Notes under the pieces: model-generated | The model's database searches: none | What the model was told of the DNA's origin: nothing | The model's input: the letters and a program-made list of their open reading frames with translations, nothing else | Assembly: GCA_964392385.1 (NCBI GenBank) | Contig: CAYMPR010000001.1 | Location: 1-24,000, forward strand | Length of the DNA stretch: 24,000 bases | Direction: 5' to 3' | From: an uncultured Christensenellaceae bacterium | Lineage (GTDB): Bacteria; Bacillota; Clostridia; Christensenellales; DTU072 | Shown here: positions 1-8,570 of the stretch, in pieces | How the letters are laid out: the number at the start of each line of letters is the position of its first letter | Numbering within the stretch: the stretch's first letter is position 1 | Program-made: the position numbers and the translations under genes

Positions 1-2
1 AC

Positions 3-1660
3 TCAGCAGCTACTAGAGTTTATGGGACGTTTAGTTTTGTGGACCCTAATGCTACTCCTTCAAGAGGCATCCAATCTGTACAAGTAAGGTTTAACCCATA
101 TAATGAAAATTATGAAGCTATAACATTTGCACTTGACATTACAATCGTGAAAAGAAAGGCCAATGTTAATTTCATATCTTCCAATGCGATTTATAATGGG
201 CTACCACAACTACCAATAATCAGAACTGACCCTGCTTTGAACATTGGGGTTAGATTCACTATTTATAAAGATGGTTTGCAAGTTAATAGCGCAATAAATG
301 TAGGTAGCTATCGAATAATTGCTTCAATTGCCGATGATAACTATGAAGGCTCAACAGTTCTTGAGGTTTATCAAATCACAAAAGCAAAAGCAATTTTGTC
401 TCAAAGTGTTATGCCTACGGCATCACCCATTGAATACAATCAAGCTTTAAATAAGAGTACTCTCTTAGGCGGAAGTATGGTTTATGTGAATAATGGAAGC
501 CCTGTTGCAGGCACTTTTAAATATATAAATAAAGATTTGATGCTTGGACCTGTTGGTACATACAATAATATCTCCTACCATTTTATCCCAGTAGATTTAA
601 ATAACTATGAAGTTTATGAATCTACTATATCTGTATCTGTTGTAAAAACCAACGCCACATTAATTGCAACTAATACTCAGTTTGTTTACGGAGAGCAAAT
701 TAGAAGACCGTTATTCATTTCAAACCCAGCAAATCTATCCGTGCAAAATAACGAGTTTGAGCTTGATATTAATAATATTGTGGATGTGGGAACGTATAGA
801 TATAACGCTTATATCAGTGATACCAATTATAAGGGGAGCGTTGTCTACAATATAACTGTCATAAAAAAGCAAGTTGAAGTTCAGTTTTATCTTGCTACTG
901 TCCCTGTTGATACATATAGAACTACTTTCGGGAATATAATTTATGCTAAATCAAAGATAAAAACAACATCATTAGTCCCAAGAGATATCCAATATGTAGA
1001 TGAAATAGAGAAGAATCTACAATATTATTATGGGCTAAGCAGTTCTTCAAGTGCATTTACATCGGTAACACCACCAGTAAGCATTGGTCAATATATAGTT
1101 TATGCAAAGATGAACCACAGAAACTATGAGTTAATGGAAAGTAGTTCCTGGATAACATATCAAGTTGCAAGAGCTGATGTACAAAGACTTGAGTTTGATT
1201 ACACATCTCTTTCCACACAGATTTATGGCTCAGTAACAATGCCTACAATTCTAGTAACTCCTTCCAATGTTAGTATCAAGGTTTCTTTCCCTGGATATGC
1301 TGCTATGCCCACTACTGCGGGTACACATAGTATTAGAGTTGAAGTTTTAGATAATAACTACAACCCTAGCTTTAGAAATGGAACATTTATTATTTTACCC
1401 AAAGAAATTAGTATAGAAAATATTATTGCGTATGATAAACCTGTCGATGGACTTAGCGACATTCAAGTAGAAGGGGATTTGGGCGGAGTTCTTCAGGGAG
1501 ATGAAGTTTTCTTAAAAATGAAAGCTAATACTGAAAGCAATGCAGTTACCGTAGGAACTCACGCTATTGTAATCAAGAGTTGGGAGCTTAAGGGACTCCA
1601 TGCATCAAATTATTCTGTAAGACCGCCAGTATATAGAATAAATGTAAAAATAACAAATAA
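3..1660 (+). repeat. Protein-level tandem array of divergent MBG/YDG-like domains
   Basis: The G-[ST]-[YH] core motifs recur at about nt 300, 552, 787, 1083, 1320 and 1553, a period of roughly 235-295 nt. The repeats are degenerate at DNA level and recognisable only in translation. Confidence 0.5.
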
Positions 1661-2240
1661 AGTTGTTACTGATCCGAGTACTGATTCATATATTAGTTCT
1701 GCAACGGGCTTTAATAGTAATGTAACTGTATCTTTTAAGGATGTATATGATACCGTGAATAAAACAAACTTCTTGACAAGTATGATTGGGCAAAAAGCAA
1801 CTGTTCAAACAATATCTGTTAAAGAAAATGGATTAAATACTGTCCTTGATGAAAAGGTTAAGTTCTATGTTAAAATTCCAGAAGCATATTTGAATTCTGA
1901 AAATCTAGTTGTTGAGGGACTGGGAAATCTTGCAAATCAATCTATTACTTTCACTAGAGAAGGTGATTATATGACTTTCTATGCAGATACTTCTGGAGAG
2001 ATAATCTTTTATAATAATGATTTCCCGTATTGGATTATTATAGTAGCCGCTGTTATAGTTATGGTTATAATAGGCGTTGTGTTACTAGTTGTATTAATGC
2101 CAAAGAAAAAGAGAAAAGTTATTAATGCTAGCACTAGAAAAGCTTATGAGTTTACTCAGGAAGCAAAAGAACTAGAGGTTAAAGCAGAAGTATTAAGTAG
2201 AATACAGGAAAAAGAGAAGAAACGCAGATGGCGATTATGA
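3..2240 (+). CDS. 5'-partial surface protein with MBG/YDG-like repeats and a C-terminal transmembrane anchor
   Basis: The frame is open from the window edge (no stop in codons 3-38), so the GTG at 39 is only the first possible start and the gene probably continues upstream. There are at least 6 divergent repeats of about 80-100 aa, each ending in a [VIA]G[ST][YH]...NY...I[TV]K pattern, for example VGSYRIIASIADDNYEGSTVLEVYQITKAKA, VGTYRYNAYISDTNYKGSVVYNITVIKK and AGTHSIRVEVLDNNYNPS. One YDK-PVDG unit resembles a YDG domain. The C-terminus has the hydrophobic helix WIIIVAAVIVMVIIGVVLLVVLM, then PKKKRK and a charged tail. No LPXTG motif is present. Confidence 0.75.
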   Translation, partial: SAATRVYGTFSFVDPNATPSRGIQSVQVRFNPYNENYEAITFALDITIVKRKANVNFISSNAIYNGLPQLPIIRTDPALNIGVRFTIYKDGLQVNSAINVGSYRIIASIADDNYEGSTVLEVYQITKAKAILSQSVMPTASPIEYNQALNKSTLLGGSMVYVNNGSPVAGTFKYINKDLMLGPVGTYNNISYHFIPVDLNNYEVYESTISVSVVKTNATLIATNTQFVYGEQIRRPLFISNPANLSVQNNEFELDINNIVDVGTYRYNAYISDTNYKGSVVYNITVIKKQVEVQFYLATVPVDTYRTTFGNIIYAKSKIKTTSLVPRDIQYVDEIEKNLQYYYGLSSSSSAFTSVTPPVSIGQYIVYAKMNHRNYELMESSSWITYQVARADVQRLEFDYTSLSTQIYGSVTMPTILVTPSNVSIKVSFPGYAAMPTTAGTHSIRVEVLDNNYNPSFRNGTFIILPKEISIENIIAYDKPVDGLSDIQVEGDLGGVLQGDEVFLKMKANTESNAVTVGTHAIVIKSWELKGLHASNYSVRPPVYRINVKITNKVVTDPSTDSYISSATGFNSNVTVSFKDVYDTVNKTNFLTSMIGQKATVQTISVKENGLNTVLDEKVKFYVKIPEAYLNSENLVVEGLGNLANQSITFTREGDYMTFYADTSGEIIFYNNDFPYWIIIVAAVIVMVIIGVVLLVVLMPKKKRKVINASTRKAYEFTQEAKELEVKAEVLSRIQEKEKKRRWRL

Positions 2241-3934
2241 TAATAAAAAGAAAATTAATTTTATTATTATCGCCGATATTTCTTTTGGTTTCTATTTTTT
2301 TGTTTACAAACCTAGTTGCCTTTCCTCTTGCAAAAGCTGATAGTTCCTTAGGAGATGAAATTACAATTGAATATGTCGGAGAATCTACATATTCAAGTTC
2401 ATTTAGTGGCGCAAAGTATAAGATAATATCTCCCTCTAACACTCAAGATGTTCTCGTGGCATTTGAAGATGATTTTGAATGGCTTATAAAAGATGATTCC
2501 TATATAGGAGAAGAAATTCCATATATTTCTGTTAGTTCCTTAGCATCTAGCAACCCAGAATTATACACCTCCCCAGTATTAAACTCTCAAACAAATAAAT
2601 ACGAATCTTTTGTTATATTAAGATCAAACGGAGATTTATATAGTAAATGCACTGTAAATGATGGATTAAACACAGAATTTGAGTATGCATTAAGAGTAAA
2701 ATCAATTGATTGGGTTGGCCCAAGAATATTGATTGAAACCGAGGACTATTGGGTAGACTGGACCTCAAACAAGTACATTACCCATTATTCAGTGGAATTC
2801 ACAGATACTTTTTTAGGGCTTCGATATCCGACAGAATCAAGTGGCATGAAATCGGTTGAGGTGTTTTACATTAATAGAAGTTTATCTGATATAGTTAACG
2901 AAAATATTTCTAATCCTAGCAATTTAAACCCAGCTGTAGATATCGAGGGAATAAAGGAAGATGCTGGTTATGTCACTGTTGCTGAATTTAATAACGTTAT
3001 GGAAAACACGCCTTTAAGCTTTGATATATCTGACTCTGGATATTATTACTATGTTGCTCTAGATTTTGTTGGAAATATTACTTTAGGGTTTTTGGGCCTG
3101 TATACTCAATTGTCCCAGGAAGGGTTCGATTTACCGATGGCAAATGGCTCTTCGCGTAATGTCTATTCTTACTTTCAAGAGGCTAAACTAGATATCGCAT
3201 CATTTACTGGGATAATAAGTCAAACAAGAGTAGATAAACTTCAGCAAGCATTAGACACCTCATATTTTGCTTTTTTAATGGGGGAGACGCCTGAAGAATT
3301 AAGAAATTATTACGACTTATTCGTGGCAGAATGGGCTAAGTTTAAAGAGGGCAAGACAAAAGCGTTTTTTGAAATAGATTATTCTAAACCGGATGACTTC
3401 TCGTTATCATTTTTATGCACGAATCTCAATAAGGATACAATAGAATGCATAAATGGTGATGAAATTATTTTAGATGTTAGAATTAATAAACTAGATGAAG
3501 GAGCATTTAATACTGATTCTGGTCTTAGTTATCTTTTAGTGAATAATGATTCTTATAATGTGGTTTATAAAATAGAGTATTCTGTAAAACTAAATGGAAT
3601 CAAAATTGTTCCTAAAACACCACTATTTTTTGATTTTGTTCATAACCAAACCCTAAGTAATATATCTGTCATTTCTACGGTTGATGGAGATAATCCCCAG
3701 TTATTATCATGTGAAAACGGGTTAAACTACATTCGTATCTCTTCAATTCTATCGAATAGGGAATTTTATATTGTCGGTCAAGAAACAAATACAATAGGTA
3801 AAGATGATAGCACATTCGTCTTGGTATCTTTGATAATAATGTCAACTTTATCTGGAGGAGCCTTCTTGTTTTTAACAATATGGGTAGAAAAGCAAAGAAG
3901 AGATTATAATAAATTATTGGTTAATAAACTATAA
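2228..3934 (+). CDS. Hypothetical membrane-anchored extracytoplasmic protein (N-terminal signal/anchor helix and C-terminal TM helix)
   Basis: 568-aa ORF whose ATG overlaps the upstream stop by 13 nt (ATGGCGATTATGA), which suggests translational coupling. The N-terminus KRKLILLLSPIFLLVSIFLFTNLVAFPLAKA looks like a signal peptide. The C-terminus FVLVSLIIMSTLSGGAFLFLTIWV followed by EKQRRD looks like a stop-transfer anchor. I recognise no catalytic motif. An alternative ATG lies at 2237. Confidence 0.7.
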   Translation: MAIMIIKRKLILLLSPIFLLVSIFLFTNLVAFPLAKADSSLGDEITIEYVGESTYSSSFSGAKYKIISPSNTQDVLVAFEDDFEWLIKDDSYIGEEIPYISVSSLASSNPELYTSPVLNSQTNKYESFVILRSNGDLYSKCTVNDGLNTEFEYALRVKSIDWVGPRILIETEDYWVDWTSNKYITHYSVEFTDTFLGLRYPTESSGMKSVEVFYINRSLSDIVNENISNPSNLNPAVDIEGIKEDAGYVTVAEFNNVMENTPLSFDISDSGYYYYVALDFVGNITLGFLGLYTQLSQEGFDLPMANGSSRNVYSYFQEAKLDIASFTGIISQTRVDKLQQALDTSYFAFLMGETPEELRNYYDLFVAEWAKFKEGKTKAFFEIDYSKPDDFSLSFLCTNLNKDTIECINGDEIILDVRINKLDEGAFNTDSGLSYLLVNNDSYNVVYKIEYSVKLNGIKIVPKTPLFFDFVHNQTLSNISVISTVDGDNPQLLSCENGLNYIRISSILSNREFYIVGQETNTIGKDDSTFVLVSLIIMSTLSGGAFLFLTIWVEKQRRDYNKLLVNKL

Positions 3935-4014
3935 CTTTCTTATTGAGTTTTGGCAGAAAGTGGCTTTATCTCAATAATTGATAATAAATAATTAATAATC
4001 GAAATATTTTGAAA

Positions 4015-4042
4015 GGCAAAAGATATCACATATCCTTTTGCC
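4015..4042 (+). promoter_or_regulatory. Stable stem-loop in the intergenic region upstream of the phosphoesterase gene (not a canonical terminator)
   Basis: GGCAAAAGATAT-cac-ATAT(C)CTTTTGCC gives 12 bp with one bulged C and a 3-nt loop. It is followed by GAGAAACT rather than a T-run. It lies 50 nt upstream of the ATG at 4093. Confidence 0.4.
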
Positions 4043-4092
4043 GAGAAACTAGATATATTACTTGGTGGAAAAATTATCGTGGGGGAATAAAG

Positions 4093-7000
4093 ATGCGTAG
4101 AATAACCTTATCAATAGTATTTTTTGTTATTTTTTCAGTGCTTATAATATCTATAAGTGCAGTAAGCAGTAAAGTGGTTGCACTTGCTGCGCCAGAATTT
4201 TCACCTTCTTCTGGTTCATCTGTGGTTCTTGCTCATTTAACTGATACTCACTATTATCCTCTAAATTATTGTGATAATGGAAACAATGAAGATTTTAATA
4301 AAGAGGTTATAGGCGCTACAAAGCTCTTAGTTGAGAATCAGATTATGGTTGAAGAAACCATTGCTAATTTGAAAAACCCATCGTTAAATGGACAAATTAT
4401 TAATTTGGATTACATTCTAGTCTCGGGCGACATAACTCTAGATGGCGAAATACAATCTCATTATGAAATTGCAAATATGCTTAGAGAATTACAAAATACG
4501 ATAAGAATAACTAATCCCAATTTTCAAATTTTTTGTTCCCCAGGTAATCATGATTTATATAATCCTGATGCTAGGTCTATAAAGGAGTATTTGCAACTTC
4601 AAGGAAAGCAACTTAGTATTACTAGACTAGATTATAGTTATTTATATTCTGGACTCGGGCAACCGGATTTTTCTGATGAACAACTCGATTTATATTATCA
4701 GTCAATAGCCAACAGAATCTTATTTAACAACTTACCTTTTACGCCTTTTGCCGACAAATACTACGTAAGAAGTTATAATGCATCAAATCTTACAATGTAT
4801 TACCAAAGAGGCCCTATTTATTCACTATCTGAAGATTATTTGCCATCAGAACTTTCATTTTTAGCAATTAATGAAGAAGATAAGGTTGCCTATTTTTGCC
4901 CAGATGAAGAGCTTTCAAGTATCGAGCGTGGGCATGTAGGTGGAGGAAAAATATTTAACGAAACGATTGAATGGTTAGATGGGATAGAAATTCCAGACAA
5001 CTTTTTGAAAATTGCAGTTATGCATCATAATGTAATCCCACACTTTTCAATGCAAGATTCTATCCTGAAAGACTTTACCTTGTATCGCTGGCGAGAAATG
5101 GCTGACTATTTAGCAGATTCTGGTTATAGGTATTCATTTACCGGTCATATGCATGCTCATGATGTTGTATCGCACATCTCTCAAAATGGTAACTCTATTA
5201 CGGATTCGCAAACTGGTTCCTCATCAGGGTATTTAGGGGCAACAAGGATTGCAAAAATTGAAAGGGGAACTTTTGGCCAGAAATATGCTGAAAATTATAG
5301 TAGTTTTTTACTGCCTTTGATCGAAGCAGATTTTACAAGGCTATTTGACGAAGGATATTTGCTCTCTGAAGAGCAAACTTTAAGTTTTAGTGAACCTTGG
5401 AAATATTATCTTGATTACAATAATTTGAGGGTTTTTATTGAAAAAAGAGGAGATACTTACATATGCATTAACTGTGGTGATTATGCAGTTCAAAAGCTTT
5501 TTTATGAAATCATCGATAGTTTAAGACTATTATATCTAAATCCTGAGTTTATTGGTGGTTTAGGAGAAATGGTAGAACAACTTTTAGCAAATATTTCTTC
5601 AAGTATTAATTTTAGCGCTCTGCCAATTGCTGCATTAGTAGACAACATCATTAGACACATAGAAACTAATGCTCTTATTAATTATGAATTCAATCCATCC
5701 TTTGAGGGAGAGTTTCTAGATATTGAAGAGGGGATAGCAAGGGGGGACTTGGGCGCTAAATTAAGCGGAAAAATTACAGAACTTGCTTACGACATTATTA
5801 ATCTTAAACTAAACAATACTAACGTTACCTTTTTTGATACTATCATGTTTGCGTATACTGGACATCAAATAGGAAATGAACCTTATAACGAGTATTTGGG
5901 CAAGCCATTTTCTGAATATGAAAAGGCAATGGAGGGTTTAAAAAACGGGGATCTTATTAGACAATTAATGGAAATACTATTAGATAATAAGGATGGTCTA
6001 CTTGGGACATTATTGCCACTTTTTTCGGAACCAATTAATCTTTCTTATGGGCTAGATAATGAAGAAATTAGTTCGCTTGAAGACTTGTTAGAAACATTGT
6101 TCTTAGTTACTACGGGTTCAAGGACAACTTTCGATTTAAGTCAATTTGAGCTTTACGATTTTTTGGAAGCAATAGTCCCCAAAATAGGAAATCTTTTACC
6201 TTCGGCCCCAGATTTACTGGTTAACCTGAAGTTTGAACAAAATGCTCTTGATACCATTTCAAACTTGATTAATAGTTATGTGACAAATAGCCTATATACT
6301 GGACTTGGTGAAATAGCCTATTCAATAGTGCTATCTTTTAGTTCAGATGAATATCCTGATGGCAATACATCTCAATGGACCCTTCATCCCGTTACTCCAG
6401 GAGAAGCGGTTTCATTTATTGAGGGGGATATTACTTTTTTACCATCAATTGAAAATGGTTTTTTACCAAGTATGTTAACAGTTAATTTTGGTAAGGATCC
6501 TAAATCATCCAAAAATTTTACCTGGTTTACTGACAGAAGGGTTAAGGGATCAACAATCCAATATGTAGAGAATATCGTTTCTACGCAAGATTTTCATAAC
6601 ATGAATAAAACTGAAGTTAATGGCTCATACCAGTATTTTGCCACTACTACTCCTAGTATAGATGTAGGTGTTTTTGCATCATTGATGGACATAGAAATAG
6701 GGAAACATACAGTTTCTCTAAATAATTTGAAGGCTGATACTAATTATTCGTATAGAGTGGGGGATAGTGACCTTGACTATTGGAGTCCTATATTTAATTT
6801 TAAGACAGCTCCCCAAGAAGATAACACTCCATTCGATGTTTTGCTGATGTCTGATTTGCAAGGATATTCAATTAACACATATAAAAATGCCCAAAAAATA
6901 ATAAATAATATAGATACTGTATTCCCTCAGGGATATAATCTAGTAATTAATTGTGGTGATAGTGTTGATAATTCAAAAAATATTAAACATTGGGAATATT

Positions 7001-7869
7001 TGTTAAATGGGATGGGCTCTTTTTGGCCCAACACATCAAGTGTTAATGCTTTGGGAAATCATGAAGAATATATGTATACTCAGCCGAACGCAGAATTTCC
7101 ATCAGATTATCTGAATACTAGCGATCAAACATTGATTTGGGATAGTGAGTATAATTATGGCACTTGGCATTATAATTATGATCCATCATACCAGCAAGAT
7201 CCACAGTTACTATACTATAGTTTTGACTATAGTGGTGTTCATTTTACAATTTTAGATACAAATGATCCGGATATTTCTAAAAAAACTGGGCAACAATATA
7301 ATTGGTTAACTAATGATTTATCTCAAACCAATAAGATAAAAGTTATTATTATGCATAAAGGCTTGTTTTCTGCTGGTTCTCACTCGGAAGATTTGGATGT
7401 CATAAAAATTAAAAACAATCTAGCACCAATCTTTTTCGATATGGGAGTTTCAGTAGTATTCCAAGGACACGACCACACCTATACTGAAAGTTATTATCTC
7501 GATGGAGAAGGGAATATACTAGAAAACGAAAATCAAGGGAAGAGCTTAATATCTGGGCCTGGCGTGCTGTATATTACTCTTGGAACGATGGGCGATAAAT
7601 ACTATAATTACATCAGTGGTGAAAATAATTATTTTGAATTTGGAGATTCTATACACAATCCAACTTTAAGTAATCCAACATTTGGTAAGCTTAGCTTTGA
7701 TGGTTCAAAGTTGTTTTATACGGGATATAGTTTTGATCTTGAGAAAGAAGAAGCTATTGAAGTTAGAAAAATAGGAGGACTAGATATTACTAGTTTTTCA
7801 GTTGTTATTTCAGCAGTGACAGCTTTTTGTTTTGCGTTGGTAATAGGGCTTAAATCATTAAAAAGATAG
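4093..7869 (+). CDS. Surface-anchored protein with two metallophosphoesterase (calcineurin-like) domains; the second resembles purple acid phosphatase
   Basis: I chose the ATG at 4093 (RBS GGGGGA at 4080-4085, followed by signal-like MRRITLSIVFFVIFSVLIISISAVSS) over the TTG at 4009. Domain 1 motifs are LTDTHYY, VSGDITLDG, PGNHDLY, VMHHNV and TGHMHAHD. Domain 2 is preceded by a PAP-N-like segment (NFTWFTD...YSYRVGD...FNFKTAP), then SDLQG, CGDSVDN, LGNHEEY, IMHKG and QGHDHTYTES. The C-terminal TM helix is FSVVISAVTAFCFALVIGL followed by KSLKR. Confidence 0.85.
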   Translation: MRRITLSIVFFVIFSVLIISISAVSSKVVALAAPEFSPSSGSSVVLAHLTDTHYYPLNYCDNGNNEDFNKEVIGATKLLVENQIMVEETIANLKNPSLNGQIINLDYILVSGDITLDGEIQSHYEIANMLRELQNTIRITNPNFQIFCSPGNHDLYNPDARSIKEYLQLQGKQLSITRLDYSYLYSGLGQPDFSDEQLDLYYQSIANRILFNNLPFTPFADKYYVRSYNASNLTMYYQRGPIYSLSEDYLPSELSFLAINEEDKVAYFCPDEELSSIERGHVGGGKIFNETIEWLDGIEIPDNFLKIAVMHHNVIPHFSMQDSILKDFTLYRWREMADYLADSGYRYSFTGHMHAHDVVSHISQNGNSITDSQTGSSSGYLGATRIAKIERGTFGQKYAENYSSFLLPLIEADFTRLFDEGYLLSEEQTLSFSEPWKYYLDYNNLRVFIEKRGDTYICINCGDYAVQKLFYEIIDSLRLLYLNPEFIGGLGEMVEQLLANISSSINFSALPIAALVDNIIRHIETNALINYEFNPSFEGEFLDIEEGIARGDLGAKLSGKITELAYDIINLKLNNTNVTFFDTIMFAYTGHQIGNEPYNEYLGKPFSEYEKAMEGLKNGDLIRQLMEILLDNKDGLLGTLLPLFSEPINLSYGLDNEEISSLEDLLETLFLVTTGSRTTFDLSQFELYDFLEAIVPKIGNLLPSAPDLLVNLKFEQNALDTISNLINSYVTNSLYTGLGEIAYSIVLSFSSDEYPDGNTSQWTLHPVTPGEAVSFIEGDITFLPSIENGFLPSMLTVNFGKDPKSSKNFTWFTDRRVKGSTIQYVENIVSTQDFHNMNKTEVNGSYQYFATTTPSIDVGVFASLMDIEIGKHTVSLNNLKADTNYSYRVGDSDLDYWSPIFNFKTAPQEDNTPFDVLLMSDLQGYSINTYKNAQKIINNIDTVFPQGYNLVINCGDSVDNSKNIKHWEYLLNGMGSFWPNTSSVNALGNHEEYMYTQPNAEFPSDYLNTSDQTLIWDSEYNYGTWHYNYDPSYQQDPQLLYYSFDYSGVHFTILDTNDPDISKKTGQQYNWLTNDLSQTNKIKVIIMHKGLFSAGSHSEDLDVIKIKNNLAPIFFDMGVSVVFQGHDHTYTESYYLDGEGNILENENQGKSLISGPGVLYITLGTMGDKYYNYISGENNYFEFGDSIHNPTLSNPTFGKLSFDGSKLFYTGYSFDLEKEEAIEVRKIGGLDITSFSVVISAVTAFCFALVIGLKSLKR

Positions 7870-7937
7870 TACGGAATTTTTATTAAATTTATAAAACACG
7901 TTACTTGTTGGCTCAATTAAAGAGTATATAATATGCC

Positions 7938-7964
7938 AAAAACCACTGCATAACAGTGGTTTTT
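7938..7964. terminator. Bidirectional rho-independent terminator
   Basis: AAAAACCACTG-cataa-CAGTGGTTTTT is a 6-bp GC-containing stem flanked by an A-run and a T-run. It lies 69 nt after the phosphoesterase stop on the plus strand and 2 nt after the tRNA-Leu 3' end on the minus strand. Confidence 0.7.
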
Positions 7965-7966
7965 GT

Positions 7967-8053
7967 TGGTGCCGTTAGTCGGACTTGAACCGACATGATG
8001 TTGCCACCGAGGGATTTTAAGTCCCTTGCGTCTGCCTATTCCGCCATAACGGC
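7967..8053 (-). tRNA. tRNA-Leu (anticodon UAA), class II with long variable arm, CCA encoded
   Basis: The reverse complement folds by hand as a cloverleaf. The acceptor is GCCGTTA/TAACGGC, the anticodon stem AGGGA/TCCCT and the loop CTTAAAA. There is a long variable arm, the T-arm is GTCGG-TTCAAGT-CCGAC, the discriminator is A and the 3' end is CCA. Confidence 0.9.
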
Positions 8054-8058
8054 ATAAT

Positions 8059-8132
<74 letters not shown>

Positions 8133-8148
8133 ATTTCGTACTTTTGCT

Positions 8149-8178
8149 AGTATATCACAAGCTTTATATGTTGTCCAA
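8149..8178 (-). promoter_or_regulatory. Putative sigma-70-type promoter for the tRNA-Cys/tRNA-Leu unit
   Basis: The minus strand reads TTGGAC, an 18-nt spacer (whose 3' end TGA supplies the TG), then TATACT, i.e. an extended -10 (TGnTATACT). The -10 ends 16 nt upstream of the tRNA-Cys 5' end. Confidence 0.4.
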
Positions 8179-8296
8179 TATTTTGGAAAATATCCTTAAA
8201 TCAACTATTATAATTTATAGAAACTAATTTTAGATAATCGCAAGAAGGAATGAGATAATGAGCCAGTTTGAAGATAAACAAGGATAAATGAATGGA

Positions 8297-8325
8297 AATA
8301 AAAAAACACCCAGTAAAAGGGTGTT
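8297..8325 (-). terminator. Rho-independent terminator immediately after tRNA-Gly
   Basis: The minus strand reads AACACCC-ttttact-GGGTGTT followed by a T-run. It abuts the CCA end of tRNA-Gly. Confidence 0.7.
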
Positions 8326-8400
8326 TGGAGCGAAAGACGGGATTTGAACCCGCAACAACTGCCTTGGGAAGGCAGGGCTCTACCGTTGAACTACTTTCGC
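8326..8400 (-). tRNA. tRNA-Gly (anticodon CCC), CCA encoded
   Basis: The reverse complement is GCGAAAGTAGTTCAACGGTAGAGCCCTGCCTTCCCAAGGCAGTTGTTGCGGGTTCAAATCCCGTCTTTCGCTCCA. G1-C2-G3 and the U73 discriminator are typical of Gly. The anticodon stem is CTGCC/GGCAG, the loop TTCCCAA and the T-loop TTCAAAT. Confidence 0.9.
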
Positions 8401-8408
8401 ATGGAAAC

Positions 8409-8437
8409 ATTATACTACATGATATTTTACTCAGCAA
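8409..8437 (-). promoter_or_regulatory. Putative promoter for tRNA-Gly
   Basis: The minus strand reads TTGCTG-17 nt-TATAAT. The -10 ends 8 nt upstream of the mature tRNA 5' end. Confidence 0.4.
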
Positions 8438-8570
8438 GTATATCAATATTAGTTAGCATTTTTAATAGCTTTGAAATTTTGGGTTAATACAATCGTGCAA
8501 AATATTGCTATGATTTGAACTATTTTATAAATGTAATGAGCTGCCTTTTTTAGGAGCTATAACGATTAAG

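Noticed and set aside
4009-4092. TTG start at 4009 for the phosphoesterase gene, as given by the ORF track
   Set aside because: The added 28 aa (MKGKRYHISFCRETRYITWWKNYRGGIK) are not signal-like and span the hairpin at 4015-4042. The ATG at 4093 has a GGGGGA RBS and starts a typical signal peptide.
8326-8400. Presence of a dedicated tRNA-Gly(CCC) in an AT-rich genome as an anomaly
   Set aside because: GGG codons are visibly used in the CDSs here (e.g. AAG GGG AGC at about 831-839), so the tRNA is plausibly just functional.
8201-8446. 81-aa minus-strand ORF
   Set aside because: It runs straight through tRNA-Gly and its terminator, so it is not coding.
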